Position numbers and translations under genes: made by a program | Source of the DNA: Nitrosarchaeum sp. | GTDB lineage: Archaea; Thermoproteota; Nitrososphaeria; Nitrososphaerales; Nitrosopumilaceae | NCBI GenBank assembly: GCA_021414365.1 | Contig: JAIOOR010000020.1 | Coordinates: 3,339-67,338, forward strand | Direction: 5' to 3' | DNA length: 64,000 nt | Shown: positions 8,521 to 18,536 of the stretch, in pieces | Layout of the letters: each line of letters opens with the position of its first letter | Numbering within the stretch: position 1 is the first letter of the stretch | The notes under the pieces: model-generated | Database searches by the model: none | Told to the model about the DNA's origin: nothing | What the model saw: the letters and a program-made list of their open reading frames with translations, nothing else

Positions 8521-10785
8521 GTGGAAATAGATACTACTCCAGAATTAGTACTTCGTGTTTATAAAAAATTAGATGAAAATATTCAAAAATACCGACAAAT
8601 AATTAAAAGACCGTTAACTCTTACAGAAAAAATACTCGTTGGCCATTTTTATCAAATTGACAACACCAATCTTGATGTAGGCAAAAACTATGTTTTTCTA
8701 ATTCCTGACAGAGTTGCATTGCAAGATGTAACTGGACAAATGGTAATGTTACAATTTATGCAAGCAGAACTAAACCAAACGGCTTTGCCAACAACAGTTC
8801 ACTGTGATCATCTGATACGAGCCAAAGTAGAAGGTGATGCTGATATGAAAATTGCTCTTGATGAAAATAGTGAAGTTTTCAAATTCCTACAATCTGCCGC
8901 AGGTAAATTTGGGTGTGGTTTTTGGAAACCAGGTGCAGGAATAATTCATCAAGTCGTTCTTGAAAATTATGCATTTCCAGGTGGATTGATGATTGGCACA
9001 GATTCTCATACTCCAAATGCTGGTGGTCTGGGAATGGTAGCAATAGGAGTAGGAGGATTAGATGCAGCAGAAACAATGGCTGGGATGCCTTGGGAATTAC
9101 TTTATCCTAAAAGAATTGGCGTAAAACTAACTGGTGAACTTTCTGGATGGACAGCACCAAAAGATATCATACTCAAAGTAGCTGAAGAGTTAACAGTTTC
9201 TGGAGGAACAAATTCAATTGTTGAATATTTTGGACCGGGAGTAAATACAATTAGCTGTACAGGAAAAGCTACTATTACCAATATGGGTGCCGAAATAGGT
9301 GCAACGTGTTCTATATTTCCATATGATCAAAAAATGGAAACTTATCTAAAATCTACAAATCGAGAAAAAATCGCCGAACTTGCAAATCATAATAAAAAAT
9401 TACTTGTAGCAGATCCTGAAGTAGAATCTAACCCAAAACAATTTTTTGATAAAGTAATTGAAATCAATCTTTCAACATTAGAACCTCATATTGTTGGACC
9501 ACATACTCCTGATCTTGCTAGATCAATATCTCATTTAGCTGATGATGTAAAATCTAATCAATACATTGATCCAATTTCTGTTGCATTAATTGGTAGTTGC
9601 ACAAATTCATCTTATGAAGATATGTCAAGAGCTGCCAGTTTAGCTGAACAAGCAAAATTAAAAGGAATTAAATCAAAAATCCCTTTACTTGTCACACCTG
9701 GTTCAGAACAGATCAGAAGTACTATTGAAAGAGATGGACAAATGAACTCATTAAAAGAAATTGGAGCTACAGTTCTAGCAAATGCATGCGGTCCATGTAT
9801 AGGTCAATGGGATAGACCAGAATTAAAAAATGATGAAAAAAATACTATTGTAACTACTTTTAACAGAAATTTTCCAGGTCGTAATGATGGTCACAGAAAC
9901 ACCTTAAATTTCATTGGCAGTCCTGAAATGATCATTGCACTCGCTTTAGGAGGTAAACTTTCATTTAATCCTCTAAAAGATGAATTAACAGCAGCAGATG
10001 GAACAAAATTCAAACTTGAACCACCAAAACCTGCACCAGAAGTTCCAAAAAATGGATTTATGATACCTAAAGGAATTTTTGTTTCACCACCTGAAGATTC
10101 TAGTAATCTTGAAGTCGTAATAGATCCTAATAGTAGACGACTACAACGTTTAGAGCCATTTCTTCCTTGGAATGGAAAAGACTTTGAAGATATTCCAATA
10201 ATGGTAAAAGCTAAAGGAAAATGCACTACAGATCACATATCTCCCGCAGGTGCTTGGTTATCACTTAGAGGTCATATAGATAATCTAAGTGACAACATGC
10301 TTTTGGGTGCTGTAAATGCGTTTAATGATGAAGTTGGTAAAGGAAAAAATATCTTAAATGGTCAACTTGAACCTTTTTCAAAAATTGCTAGACAATATAA
10401 AGAAAAAGGAATGAGATGGGTAATCATAGGTGATAATAATTATGGTGAAGGTAGTAGTAGAGAACACGCTGCAATGACTCCGAGATATTTGGGATGTGCA
10501 GCAGTTATCACAAAAAGTCTTGCTAGAATACATGAGACAAATTTGAAAAAACAAGGAATACTTGCACTTACTTTTAGTAATTCAGATGATTATGATAAAA
10601 TTCAACAAGATGACAAAATTAGTCTTGTTGAATTAAACCATTTAGAACCACAAAAACATGTTAGATGTATTATCAAACATAAAGATGGAACAAAAGATGA
10701 AATTTCTCTTAATCATTCTTACAATAAATCTCAAATAGAATGGTTCAAAGCTGGTTCCGCACTAAATGTTTTGAGAAATAAATAA
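8521..10785 (+). CDS. acnA: aconitate hydratase (mitochondrial-type aconitase)
   Basis: 754 aa with Fe-S ligand regions GTDSHTPNAGG, IGSCTNSS and NACGPCIGQW. GTG start. Confidence 0.92.
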   Translation: MEIDTTPELVLRVYKKLDENIQKYRQIIKRPLTLTEKILVGHFYQIDNTNLDVGKNYVFLIPDRVALQDVTGQMVMLQFMQAELNQTALPTTVHCDHLIRAKVEGDADMKIALDENSEVFKFLQSAAGKFGCGFWKPGAGIIHQVVLENYAFPGGLMIGTDSHTPNAGGLGMVAIGVGGLDAAETMAGMPWELLYPKRIGVKLTGELSGWTAPKDIILKVAEELTVSGGTNSIVEYFGPGVNTISCTGKATITNMGAEIGATCSIFPYDQKMETYLKSTNREKIAELANHNKKLLVADPEVESNPKQFFDKVIEINLSTLEPHIVGPHTPDLARSISHLADDVKSNQYIDPISVALIGSCTNSSYEDMSRAASLAEQAKLKGIKSKIPLLVTPGSEQIRSTIERDGQMNSLKEIGATVLANACGPCIGQWDRPELKNDEKNTIVTTFNRNFPGRNDGHRNTLNFIGSPEMIIALALGGKLSFNPLKDELTAADGTKFKLEPPKPAPEVPKNGFMIPKGIFVSPPEDSSNLEVVIDPNSRRLQRLEPFLPWNGKDFEDIPIMVKAKGKCTTDHISPAGAWLSLRGHIDNLSDNMLLGAVNAFNDEVGKGKNILNGQLEPFSKIARQYKEKGMRWVIIGDNNYGEGSSREHAAMTPRYLGCAAVITKSLARIHETNLKKQGILALTFSNSDDYDKIQQDDKISLVELNHLEPQKHVRCIIKHKDGTKDEISLNHSYNKSQIEWFKAGSALNVLRNK

Positions 10786-10795
10786 TATTTTGACG

Positions 10796-10947
10796 TGGGG
10801 CCGACCGGAATCGAACCGGCGACCTACGGGTCACTACAGCTCCAAACTTACATCATCCGTGAGTCAGTTTAGCTTAGTTTACCTTTGGAGCCCTTAGCGG
10901 TGATCTATCGTATGCACTGTCGCCCTACCAGGCTAGGCTACGACCCC
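10796..10947 (-). tRNA. tRNA-Trp (CCA) with two introns (about 25 nt at 28/29 and about 53 nt at 37/38); CCA end not encoded
   Basis: Hand fold: acceptor GGGGUCG/CGGCCCC, A73, D arm GCCU/GGGC, anticodon stem ACGGG/CCCGU after splicing, loop CUCCAAA, variable loop AGGUC, T arm GCCGG-UUCGAUU-CCGGU. Both introns sit in bulge-helix-bulge-like motifs. Confidence 0.8.
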
Positions 10948-11036
10948 ACAAACAAGAATGAAATAGACTAGAATTTTAAGTTATTTTAACCAAGATTTAT
11001 TTGCAATTGATCTTGATCTACAACCGTTAAGAAATC

Positions 11037-11570
11037 ATGGTGAAACCAATTGTTTTAGGATTAGCAGCAATTCCTGCAATCATTGCAATTTTAATTGCAA
11101 TTCCATTAATTACTAAATCGGATATTCCATACTCTGCTTCTAATCCAAACGATGTGATTGAAATTGAATATGCAAAGTATCAATTAAAGAAAATATCTTT
11201 TGGAATCACAGAAAGAATTGGAGCACAAAAAACTGAAATTTTATTAATAAAAAATAATGGTGAAATGAAATATACTGTTACTGAAGACGGTTATCCAAAA
11301 CCTGATATTAAATCACAACTAGATGAACAAACACTTCGTAAAATAAAATCTCTAATTAAAGAAACTGGATTTATAGCAATTCCTTCTGAATCATTTCCAA
11401 TCCGCGATAATGTGACTGACTTTCAAAAATCAAATATAAAAATTACTCTAAATGGAAGAGTTAACCAAATTAATTGGCCAGAACAAAATGCAACTGATAA
11501 ATTCATACCTCCGATAATTTCCATGGTGGAATCTCAACTTGATAAAATTAAAGAACAAATTATTGAATAG
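11037..11570 (+). CDS. membrane-anchored hypothetical protein (177 aa)
   Basis: N-terminal hydrophobic helix VLGLAAIPAIIAILIAIPLI. No other motif. Confidence 0.5.
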   Translation: MVKPIVLGLAAIPAIIAILIAIPLITKSDIPYSASNPNDVIEIEYAKYQLKKISFGITERIGAQKTEILLIKNNGEMKYTVTEDGYPKPDIKSQLDEQTLRKIKSLIKETGFIAIPSESFPIRDNVTDFQKSNIKITLNGRVNQINWPEQNATDKFIPPIISMVESQLDKIKEQIIE

Positions 11571-11601
11571 GTACAAATAGTCTTCCGATAAAACTCTGAA
11601 T

Positions 11602-12570
11602 ATGCTTCCACTTTCTGGCGAAAGAATTGATGCTAAAGGAATTATTAAAAATAAATCTGATACTGGCGATATTTTTCGTGGAACCTCTACTCTAAAACGA
11701 GGTTTTGCGCATATGTTAAAAAATGGCGTTGTGATGGATGTGACTACTGTAGAACAAGCTCAAATCGCTGAAGAAGCAGGAGCGGTTTCCGTTATGGTTT
11801 TAGATAAACTGCCATCTGATGTAAGAAAAGCAGGTGGAGTTGCACGAACTGCAAGTATTAGAATTATTGAAGATATTATGGATTCAGTAACAATTCCAGT
11901 CATGGCAAAATGTAGAATCGGTCATGTCTATGAAGCTAAAGTTCTTGAAGAGACTGATGTGGATATGATTGATGAATCTGAAGTTTTAACACCAGCTGAT
12001 GAGACCCATCATATTTGGAAATGGGACTTTACAACTCCTTTCGTAAATGGTGCAAGATCATTATCTGAAGCATTAAGAAGAATTGAGGAAGGGGCTGCAA
12101 TGATTAGGACAAAAGGAGAACCTGGTACCGGAAATGTTGCAGAAGCAGTTACTCATATTAAAAAAGTAAATGATGAATTAAGAATAATAAAAGCAATTTA
12201 TGACTCTGGTGATAATCAGGATCTTATTAGAATCGCAAGGGAATTCAAAGTATCTTATGACATAGTCAAAGAGACTGCAAAACTTGGAAGACTACCTGTT
12301 GTTAATTTTGCAGCAGGTGGAATTGCAACACCTGCAGATGCTGCATACTTGATGTCTCTTGGGTGTGATGGGATATTTGTAGGATCTGGAATTTTTAATG
12401 CAAATGATGCTAAAGAAAGAGCAAGAGCTATTGTATTGGCAACTACTTTTTGGAATGAATCAGAAAAAGTAAAAGAAGCACAAAAAATGATTGATGAAAG
12501 ACAATCTATGTTGGGATTAGATGTTAAGACTTTAGAATTAAGAATGCAAGAGCGTGGAAGTTCAGCATGA
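11602..12570 (+). CDS. pdxS: pyridoxal 5'-phosphate synthase, lyase subunit
   Basis: [16 protein letters not shown]..., [18 protein letters not shown] and [12 protein letters not shown] are hallmark PdxS blocks. Confidence 0.92.
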   Translation: MLPLSGERIDAKGIIKNKSDTGDIFRGTSTLKRGFAHMLKNGVVMDVTTVEQAQIAEEAGAVSVMVLDKLPSDVRKAGGVARTASIRIIEDIMDSVTIPVMAKCRIGHVYEAKVLEETDVDMIDESEVLTPADETHHIWKWDFTTPFVNGARSLSEALRRIEEGAAMIRTKGEPGTGNVAEAVTHIKKVNDELRIIKAIYDSGDNQDLIRIAREFKVSYDIVKETAKLGRLPVVNFAAGGIATPADAAYLMSLGCDGIFVGSGIFNANDAKERARAIVLATTFWNESEKVKEAQKMIDERQSMLGLDVKTLELRMQERGSSA

Positions 12571-13184
12571 GTCTTACTGTGGGCGTTTTAGCAATTCAAG
12601 GCGATGTGCATGAAAATATCACATCTACTGAGACTGCCTTAAAAGAATTAGGTATAGAAGGAACAGTTGTTGGAGTAAAAACCACTAAAGAAATTTCTAA
12701 ACTTGATGGGCTGATAATTCCTGGCGGTGAAAGTACAACAATTGGTCAACTTTCTCTTGTAAACAGTTCTCTGAAAATGATAAAAGAAAAAACTGAACAT
12801 GGAATGCCTGTTTTTGGAATATGTGCAGGTATGATCATGCTTTCAAAAACAGCTAATGATCGAGTTGTTGGGAAAACAGATCAACCTCTTTTAGATTTAC
12901 TTGACATTAAACTAGAAAGAAATTCATTTGGACGACAAAAAGAATCATTTGAAGCAAATATTTCTATGAGTGCCATTGACATTCCAAAATTTAATGGTGT
13001 TTTTATTAGAGCTCCATCTGTTTCTGACGTTGGTTCAGGTGTGGAGGTTTTAGCAACATTTAATGAAAAAATAATTGCTGTTAAGAAAGGCAATCTGTTG
13101 GGTGTTTCATTTCATCCTGAATTGACAAAAGATGTTTCATTACATAAATATTTTATAAAATTGATTAAAAATTCAAAAAACTAA
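12567..13184 (+). CDS. pdxT: pyridoxal 5'-phosphate synthase, glutaminase subunit
   Basis: [18 protein letters not shown] (catalytic Cys) and FHPELT. 4-nt overlap with pdxS. Confidence 0.9.
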   Translation: MSLTVGVLAIQGDVHENITSTETALKELGIEGTVVGVKTTKEISKLDGLIIPGGESTTIGQLSLVNSSLKMIKEKTEHGMPVFGICAGMIMLSKTANDRVVGKTDQPLLDLLDIKLERNSFGRQKESFEANISMSAIDIPKFNGVFIRAPSVSDVGSGVEVLATFNEKIIAVKKGNLLGVSFHPELTKDVSLHKYFIKLIKNSKN

Positions 13185-13241
13185 CTAAATGTGACAAGTG
13201 ATACGTAATACTTTTTAATTATAATTTTTAAAATTTTTCAA

Positions 13242-14249
13242 ATGAGTACAAATTTTGTTTTTGCTAGTGTTTTAGCATCTATTTTACTTGGTGGTGTATT
13301 TGGATTATTTCTTATTGATAATGCATTTGCTCAAAATCTATACGTAAGCAGTGATGATTCTGAAGAAAAACAAAAGGAATTAGAACAGAAAAAAGCTGAA
13401 AGACAACAACAAGCAGAAGAAAAACAAAAGGAATTAGAACAGAAAAAAGCTGAACTTGAAACTCAAAGAGAAAACTTTGAAGCAAAACAAATTAAAAAAT
13501 TAAATGAATATGAAGAAAAATTAAAAAAAATAAAAGAAACATCTCTAAGCAAAAATGAAAAAATCACATCTGATAACTCTAATAAAATTTCTCAAAAATC
13601 TAAACAATTAGAAACAAAATTAACTAAAAAATCTGAAGAAATTCAACAAAAACTTGAGGCAAAATCTGATAATTTGGATTTAAGAACTAAAAAAATTCTT
13701 GATAAAATAAATAGTGGAAATTACATGGGAGAGAAAACAACTACTGATAATTTTGCTGAGACATATGAGTTAGTTTTTGATTCTGTAAATGCTACCGGAC
13801 TAAAGGATAATTCACAAACATCATCTTTTACTGGAAAAATGATTTTTACCACATTTGATAAGAGTAAATCTGATCTTAAACTAGAATTAAGTGAATGTCA
13901 AATTACTGTAGATGAAATTATTTTTAACTGCGCATTTGGAAAAGCTAGAACCGTCTCTTCTGGACAATCTGATGTTAAAGATTCTCTTATAATCATGGCA
14001 TTCTTAGAAGATGATGTTCTAGAAGAAGTTCATACTACTCTGAAAATTTTTCTAAATGCTAATACTCCAATTAATGAAATTGATAATTCCAAAGTAACAA
14101 TTCTTCATCCACAAAGCATGATTTCTAATCTGTGGATTCTCAATGGAACTGCAACCATGAGTAAGATAGTATCTACCACTGAAAGTATCTCTTCTGGAAA
14201 TGATTCTGATAATTCATCTCAAGATGAAATCCTCACTAGTGATAAATGA
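13242..14249 (+). CDS. secreted or membrane-anchored coiled-coil protein with internal repeats
   Basis: Signal-anchor-like N-terminus, then a K/E-rich heptad region carrying a duplicated EEKQKELEQKKAE unit. Confidence 0.6.
   Translation: MSTNFVFASVLASILLGGVFGLFLIDNAFAQNLYVSSDDSEEKQKELEQKKAERQQQAEEKQKELEQKKAELETQRENFEAKQIKKLNEYEEKLKKIKETSLSKNEKITSDNSNKISQKSKQLETKLTKKSEEIQQKLEAKSDNLDLRTKKILDKINSGNYMGEKTTTDNFAETYELVFDSVNATGLKDNSQTSSFTGKMIFTTFDKSKSDLKLELSECQITVDEIIFNCAFGKARTVSSGQSDVKDSLIIMAFLEDDVLEEVHTTLKIFLNANTPINEIDNSKVTILHPQSMISNLWILNGTATMSKIVSTTESISSGNDSDNSSQDEILTSDK
13362..13454 (+). repeat. in-frame 39-bp perfect direct repeat (period 54 nt)
   Basis: gaagaaaaacaaaaggaattagaacagaaaaaagctgaa occurs at 13362-13400 and 13416-13454. 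Confidence 0.9.
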
Positions 14250-14941
14250 TGAGCAATAGAAATTCTCTTTTTGTAATTGGGTTTCTTTTTTCAATGATTT
14301 TAATTTATTCAACTCAGTATTCATTTGGTGATACGGGTGTGATTACAATAGATTCTCATGATGTCAAATATGATATTGACAACGGTAATGTAGAATCTAT
14401 TTTTTTGGATCCTGATTTTTTTGAATTACTTGTTACTATGAACACTCATGCTGATGGAACAATTGACATTACCATTCCTAGAGAACTTTTGGATGCAAAA
14501 TTTGAATTATCTGATGACCTGTTTTATGTTTTAGTGGATGGTTTTGAAACTACGTTCATTGAATCTGAATCAAATCCAAATTCTAGAACTTTGGTGATTC
14601 CATTTTTTAATGGAGATTCAACAATTGAAATTATTGGGACCCATGTCTCTAATCCATTTATTTCAAATACTGAAATTATAATTCCTGATTGGATAAAAAA
14701 TAATGCTGGCTGGTGGTCAAAAGATCTCATACAAGACTCTGATTTTGTATCTGGAATTCAATATTTAATTAAAGAGAAAATTATGACAATTCCGTTGACT
14801 TCATCAGGAGGTTCATCAAATGACGCAATTCCTGATTGGATAAAAAATAATGCTGGCTGGTGGGCAGATGGGTTGATTGAAGACTCTGATTTTGTATCTG
14901 GAATTCAATATCTACTCACAAATGGAATCATGCATGCATAA
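14246..14941 (+). CDS. secreted protein with two C-terminal IPDWIKNNAGWW...DSDFVSGIQYL modules
   Basis: N-terminal signal-like helix and a duplicated 49-aa module. 4-nt overlap with the upstream gene. Confidence 0.6.
   Translation: MMSNRNSLFVIGFLFSMILIYSTQYSFGDTGVITIDSHDVKYDIDNGNVESIFLDPDFFELLVTMNTHADGTIDITIPRELLDAKFELSDDLFYVLVDGFETTFIESESNPNSRTLVIPFFNGDSTIEIIGTHVSNPFISNTEIIIPDWIKNNAGWWSKDLIQDSDFVSGIQYLIKEKIMTIPLTSSGGSSNDAIPDWIKNNAGWWADGLIEDSDFVSGIQYLLTNGIMHA
14681..14911 (+). repeat. in-frame tandem duplication (period 147 nt) with long identical DNA blocks
   Basis: 36 nt are identical at 14681-14716 and 14828-14863. A further 30 nt are identical at 14735-14764 and 14882-14911. Confidence 0.9.
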
Positions 14942-14949
14942 TTTAGATT

Positions 14950-17271
14950 TTAATTATCATCTAAATTGTGCATAGACTTCAAGTCATCTTTGAATAATGA
15001 TAAATTTTCTGGAATTGTAATTTTAATTGAATCTTTTAATGACAAATTTTTTGTCTTTTTCTCATTCCATACTTTAGAATTAAAATCTGTAATTTCTTTT
15101 GTAATATTATCTTGGTTCTCAATTGATTCTGATATTACTTGTTGTTGTTTATGGATGCTCTCTGATGAATACAAAATTTTCCAAAGATATTCAGTAATAA
15201 ATGGAGTAATCGGTGCTAATAATTTCAAAATAGTTGATAGTGTTTTATGCAGTGTAAATATTGCACCATCTCTTTCTTCATCTGAAAAACCAATTCCATA
15301 TGCTCTTGCTTTAACCATTTCAATATAATGTGCAGCAAAAAGATTCCAAGTGAACTCTCTAATTGCAATTGCTGGAATGAAGAAATTGTACTCATCATAT
15401 CCTTTTTTACATTCTTTGATTAAATTATCTAGTTCTGATAATATCCATTTATCTGTGGCAGTTTGAGTTCCTGATTCAATTACAGGAAAACTAGACAAAA
15501 ATCTTGAAACATTCCATAATTTGCTTAGAAACTTTTTTGTTGATTCAATTTTTTGTTCATTGCATCTAAAATCATATCCATGATTGATTTCACTTGCACT
15601 CCAAAATCTAAAAGTGTCAGCTCCGAACTGTTCAATTACAGGTAAAGGATCAATTGCATTTCCTTTACTTTTACTCATTTTCATTCCTTTTTCATCAAGA
15701 CCATATCCCATAACCCATGCTTCTGACCATGGCTTTTTTCCAGTTAGTTGTTCACATCTGAGAAGTGTATAGTATAACCATGTTCTTACAATGTCTTTTG
15801 CTTGAGGACGAATTGTTGTAGGATAAACTTTGTTAAAAAATTCTTGATCTTTGTTAAATTTACTGATAAAGAGAGGAGACACACTAGAATCCATCCATGT
15901 ATCAAATGTTCTTTCTTCACCTACGAATTCACTATTTCTGCACTTTGAACACTGAGTAATGGGACATTTTTCCATCCACGGTTTGTAGTACTTTCCAGGC
16001 TCAGGAACATGTGGTTCAGAGCAATTTTTGCAGTACCAAATAGGAATTTCAGTACCATAAAATCTTCTTCTTGATATGGGCCAATCTATGTTGATGGATT
16101 CCAGCCAATTCATCAAAATTTGTTTGTGCATAGCAGGATAAAATGTAATTTCATGTCCTAATTTTTTCATTTTTTCAATTGATTCTTTTTGTTTTAGATA
16201 ATATTCCTCCATTGGGATTATTTCAATTGGATTTTTACTTCTTTCCGATACAGGTGTTCTATGAATGATGTCTTCTATTTTTTCTATAAATCCTTTATTT
16301 TGTAAATCTTCGATAATTTTTGTACGTGCTTGTTTTGGTTTTAATCCAACATAATCTCCAGCGGCATCTGTCATTTTTCCATCTAACCCAATTGCAACAA
16401 TTTCTTCTAACTCTAATTCTCTAAATAATGCAACATCATTTTGATCACCGTAACTACATACCATAACTGCACCAGAACCAAATTCCTGATGAGCAGAATG
16501 ATGTGTTCTTAGTTCAACTTCTGCATTAGTAATTGGTATGATTACTTTTTTTCCTATATATTTTGTATATCTCATATCCTCTGGATTTACAATTATTGTT
16601 TTACATGCACAAAGAAGTTCAGGTCTTGTACTTGCAATAATTATTTCTTTATCTGTATCCTTAATTTGGAATTTCATATAGACTAGTTTAGTTGGTAAAT
16701 CTTCATACGTAATTTCTGCATCTGCAATAGTTGTACCTGAAACCCAATCGTAATTATTTGGTCTATTTGCAAGATAGACCTGTCCTTTTTTCCACAACTC
16801 AATGAATGTGGATTGTGTTAATGTTCTGTACTCTTCGGAATCTGTTCTGTAATAATCGGAAAAATCTCCGCTAATTCCTAAACTTTTCATGATTAGTATC
16901 ATTTCAGCTTCCAAATCATCTAGTGCTGTTCTACATAATTTCAGAAATTCCCCTCTCTCAGTTTCACGCATTCTGATATTGTGTTTTTTTTCTGTGTAAA
17001 TTTCCACAGGAAGGCCATTTCTGTCAATTCCTATTGGGAAATACACATTTTTTCCAGCCATTCTTGCAGTTCGTGCAATCATGTCTATTTGAGAATAATG
17101 TGCTGCAGCACCAATGTGCCATGGTCTACCTGATGGATATGGTGGAGGTGTATCTATTGTAAAATTCTTTTCCTTTGGAATAAAATCATAAATTTTTTCA
17201 TTTACCCACTGTTTTAGAATTTCTTTTTCTAATTCTGGATTCCAAGCTTTTTCTGCAATTTTTGGCTCCAT
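14950..17271 (-). CDS. valS: valyl-tRNA synthetase (class Ia; Val assignment based on size and motifs)
   Basis: TPPPYPSGRPWHIGAAAHY (HIGH region), GIDRNGLPVE and KMSKSKGN. 773 aa fits archaeal ValRS better than LeuRS or IleRS. Confidence 0.75.
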   Translation of the reverse strand: MEPKIAEKAWNPELEKEILKQWVNEKIYDFIPKEKNFTIDTPPPYPSGRPWHIGAAAHYSQIDMIARTARMAGKNVYFPIGIDRNGLPVEIYTEKKHNIRMRETERGEFLKLCRTALDDLEAEMILIMKSLGISGDFSDYYRTDSEEYRTLTQSTFIELWKKGQVYLANRPNNYDWVSGTTIADAEITYEDLPTKLVYMKFQIKDTDKEIIIASTRPELLCACKTIIVNPEDMRYTKYIGKKVIIPITNAEVELRTHHSAHQEFGSGAVMVCSYGDQNDVALFRELELEEIVAIGLDGKMTDAAGDYVGLKPKQARTKIIEDLQNKGFIEKIEDIIHRTPVSERSKNPIEIIPMEEYYLKQKESIEKMKKLGHEITFYPAMHKQILMNWLESINIDWPISRRRFYGTEIPIWYCKNCSEPHVPEPGKYYKPWMEKCPITQCSKCRNSEFVGEERTFDTWMDSSVSPLFISKFNKDQEFFNKVYPTTIRPQAKDIVRTWLYYTLLRCEQLTGKKPWSEAWVMGYGLDEKGMKMSKSKGNAIDPLPVIEQFGADTFRFWSASEINHGYDFRCNEQKIESTKKFLSKLWNVSRFLSSFPVIESGTQTATDKWILSELDNLIKECKKGYDEYNFFIPAIAIREFTWNLFAAHYIEMVKARAYGIGFSDEERDGAIFTLHKTLSTILKLLAPITPFITEYLWKILYSSESIHKQQQVISESIENQDNITKEITDFNSKVWNEKKTKNLSLKDSIKITIPENLSLFKDDLKSMHNLDDN

Positions 17272-17278
17272 TTCTTAA

Positions 17279-18094
17279 TTATCTTGAAAGATTTGCAATG
17301 ATATGGGAACCTTTGTTATACCCTTCATAGATGTACACGCCAACTGCTTCTACATTTTGAGGTAATTTTGGAGCAAGTAACTTAATTATTTCACTTGAAA
17401 GATTTTCAACAGTAGCTTCTCCCTCTAAGAGATAAGCCGTATTTTTTGGAACTTGAATATCAAACATACCTTTTGGTCCGTCAAATTGAATTTGATAATG
17501 TGAACTGTCTTCTTTTTTCAAATATTTTCTATTGATAAAAAATTTATGATCAAATTCCGCAACTACTTCTTTTATAATTTTTTTTGCTATTCCAAAATCT
17601 ACTAATAAATTATCTTTCATCTGTCCTACTAATTCAACCATCACTGAGGATGTATGTCCATGTAGAATGGAACATTTTTCTACTAATGGTAGAATATGTG
17701 CATAATCAAATGAAAATGATGGATCTTCTAGAAATATAGAACCTGTTTGAGGTGTTTTATCATAGAATACTAAATCTTGTAATTCTTTAATCTGTGCAGT
17801 ATATTTTGGATGCCCTATAGCCATTATCTTTTCTTCAGGACAATTTTCTTTGATTTTATTGTATTTTTGTATGTCTTTTTCATTATCAATTACTTCTATC
17901 AAACCCTTCTTTGTTTTAAAATCAACAATTACAGAACTTCCATTTTTTAATATCAATTTATAATCATATTCATAATCCTCATCAAGAAATGATAACATCT
18001 GTGATATTGTAAGCTCTGTTCGCGTTCTCATTAAATTACCTTTTTTGTCAATATATCTAAAATCCGAATCTAGAATTGCTGGACTTGAAGCCAT
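17279..18094 (-). CDS. 6-pyruvoyl-tetrahydropterin synthase (PTPS/QueD-like) domain fused to an N-terminal PD-(D/E)xK-like domain
   Basis: C-terminal half: CSILHGHTSSVMVELVG, typical of PTPS. N-terminal 120 aa: RTRTELTISQMLSFL..YEYDYKL....VIVDFKT..GLIEV, resembling a nuclease-fold motif. Confidence 0.65.
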   Translation of the reverse strand: MASSPAILDSDFRYIDKKGNLMRTRTELTISQMLSFLDEDYEYDYKLILKNGSSVIVDFKTKKGLIEVIDNEKDIQKYNKIKENCPEEKIMAIGHPKYTAQIKELQDLVFYDKTPQTGSIFLEDPSFSFDYAHILPLVEKCSILHGHTSSVMVELVGQMKDNLLVDFGIAKKIIKEVVAEFDHKFFINRKYLKKEDSSHYQIQFDGPKGMFDIQVPKNTAYLLEGEATVENLSSEIIKLLAPKLPQNVEAVGVYIYEGYNKGSHIIANLSR

Positions 18095-18173
18095 GTGAAG
18101 TCAACTGACTTTGCTCTGTATATAAATTCTGTAATACATAAAATTAAAAAATTCTTTTACCGTTAATCTAAAA

Positions 18174-18452
18174 TTATTCTAATGAGTTTAGGATTTTAGC
18201 CAGATTGATGTCATTTTGGGTGATGCCTCCAGCATCATGAGTTGTTAAATCTACAACTATCTTATTGTAAACATTAAACCACTCTGGATGGTGATTCATT
18301 TTTTCTATATGCATTGCAGCCCTAGTCATAAATCCAAATGCTTGATTAAAATCTGTAAATTCAAATTCTTTATGCATTTTATTATTTATGATGGTCCACC
18401 CCTTTAGATTTTTTAATTCAGCATCTATGGTTTTTGCTGATAATTTTATCAT
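18174..18452 (-). CDS. phhB: pterin-4-alpha-carbinolamine dehydratase
   Basis: GW......[30 protein letters not shown]...L.THD is the canonical PCD signature. Confidence 0.85.
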   Translation of the reverse strand: MIKLSAKTIDAELKNLKGWTIINNKMHKEFEFTDFNQAFGFMTRAAMHIEKMNHHPEWFNVYNKIVVDLTTHDAGGITQNDINLAKILNSLE

Positions 18453-18536
18453 GATTCTAAATCGTAAATACTAAATTAATAGTTACATGATGAAATAAAT
18501 TCCAGTCATTTTGTATTACAAATAACCTGATAATTA

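Noticed and set aside
10796-10947. Alternative fold as a type II tRNA (Leu/Ser) with anticodon stem ACAGU/GCUGU and a long variable arm GACC-CGUA-GGUC.
   Set aside because: That fold still leaves CUCCAAA (Trp anticodon) as the only plausible loop, which is incompatible with a long-arm isotype, and its splice sites lack 3-nt bulges. The two-intron type I model gives canonical stems, a 5-nt variable loop and BHB-like motifs at both junctions.
13362-14911. Direct repeats here and at 57918-57979 and 61640-61743, considered as CRISPR or mobile-element signatures.
   Set aside because: All are in-frame duplications inside coding sequences, with only two copies and no unique spacers of regular length.
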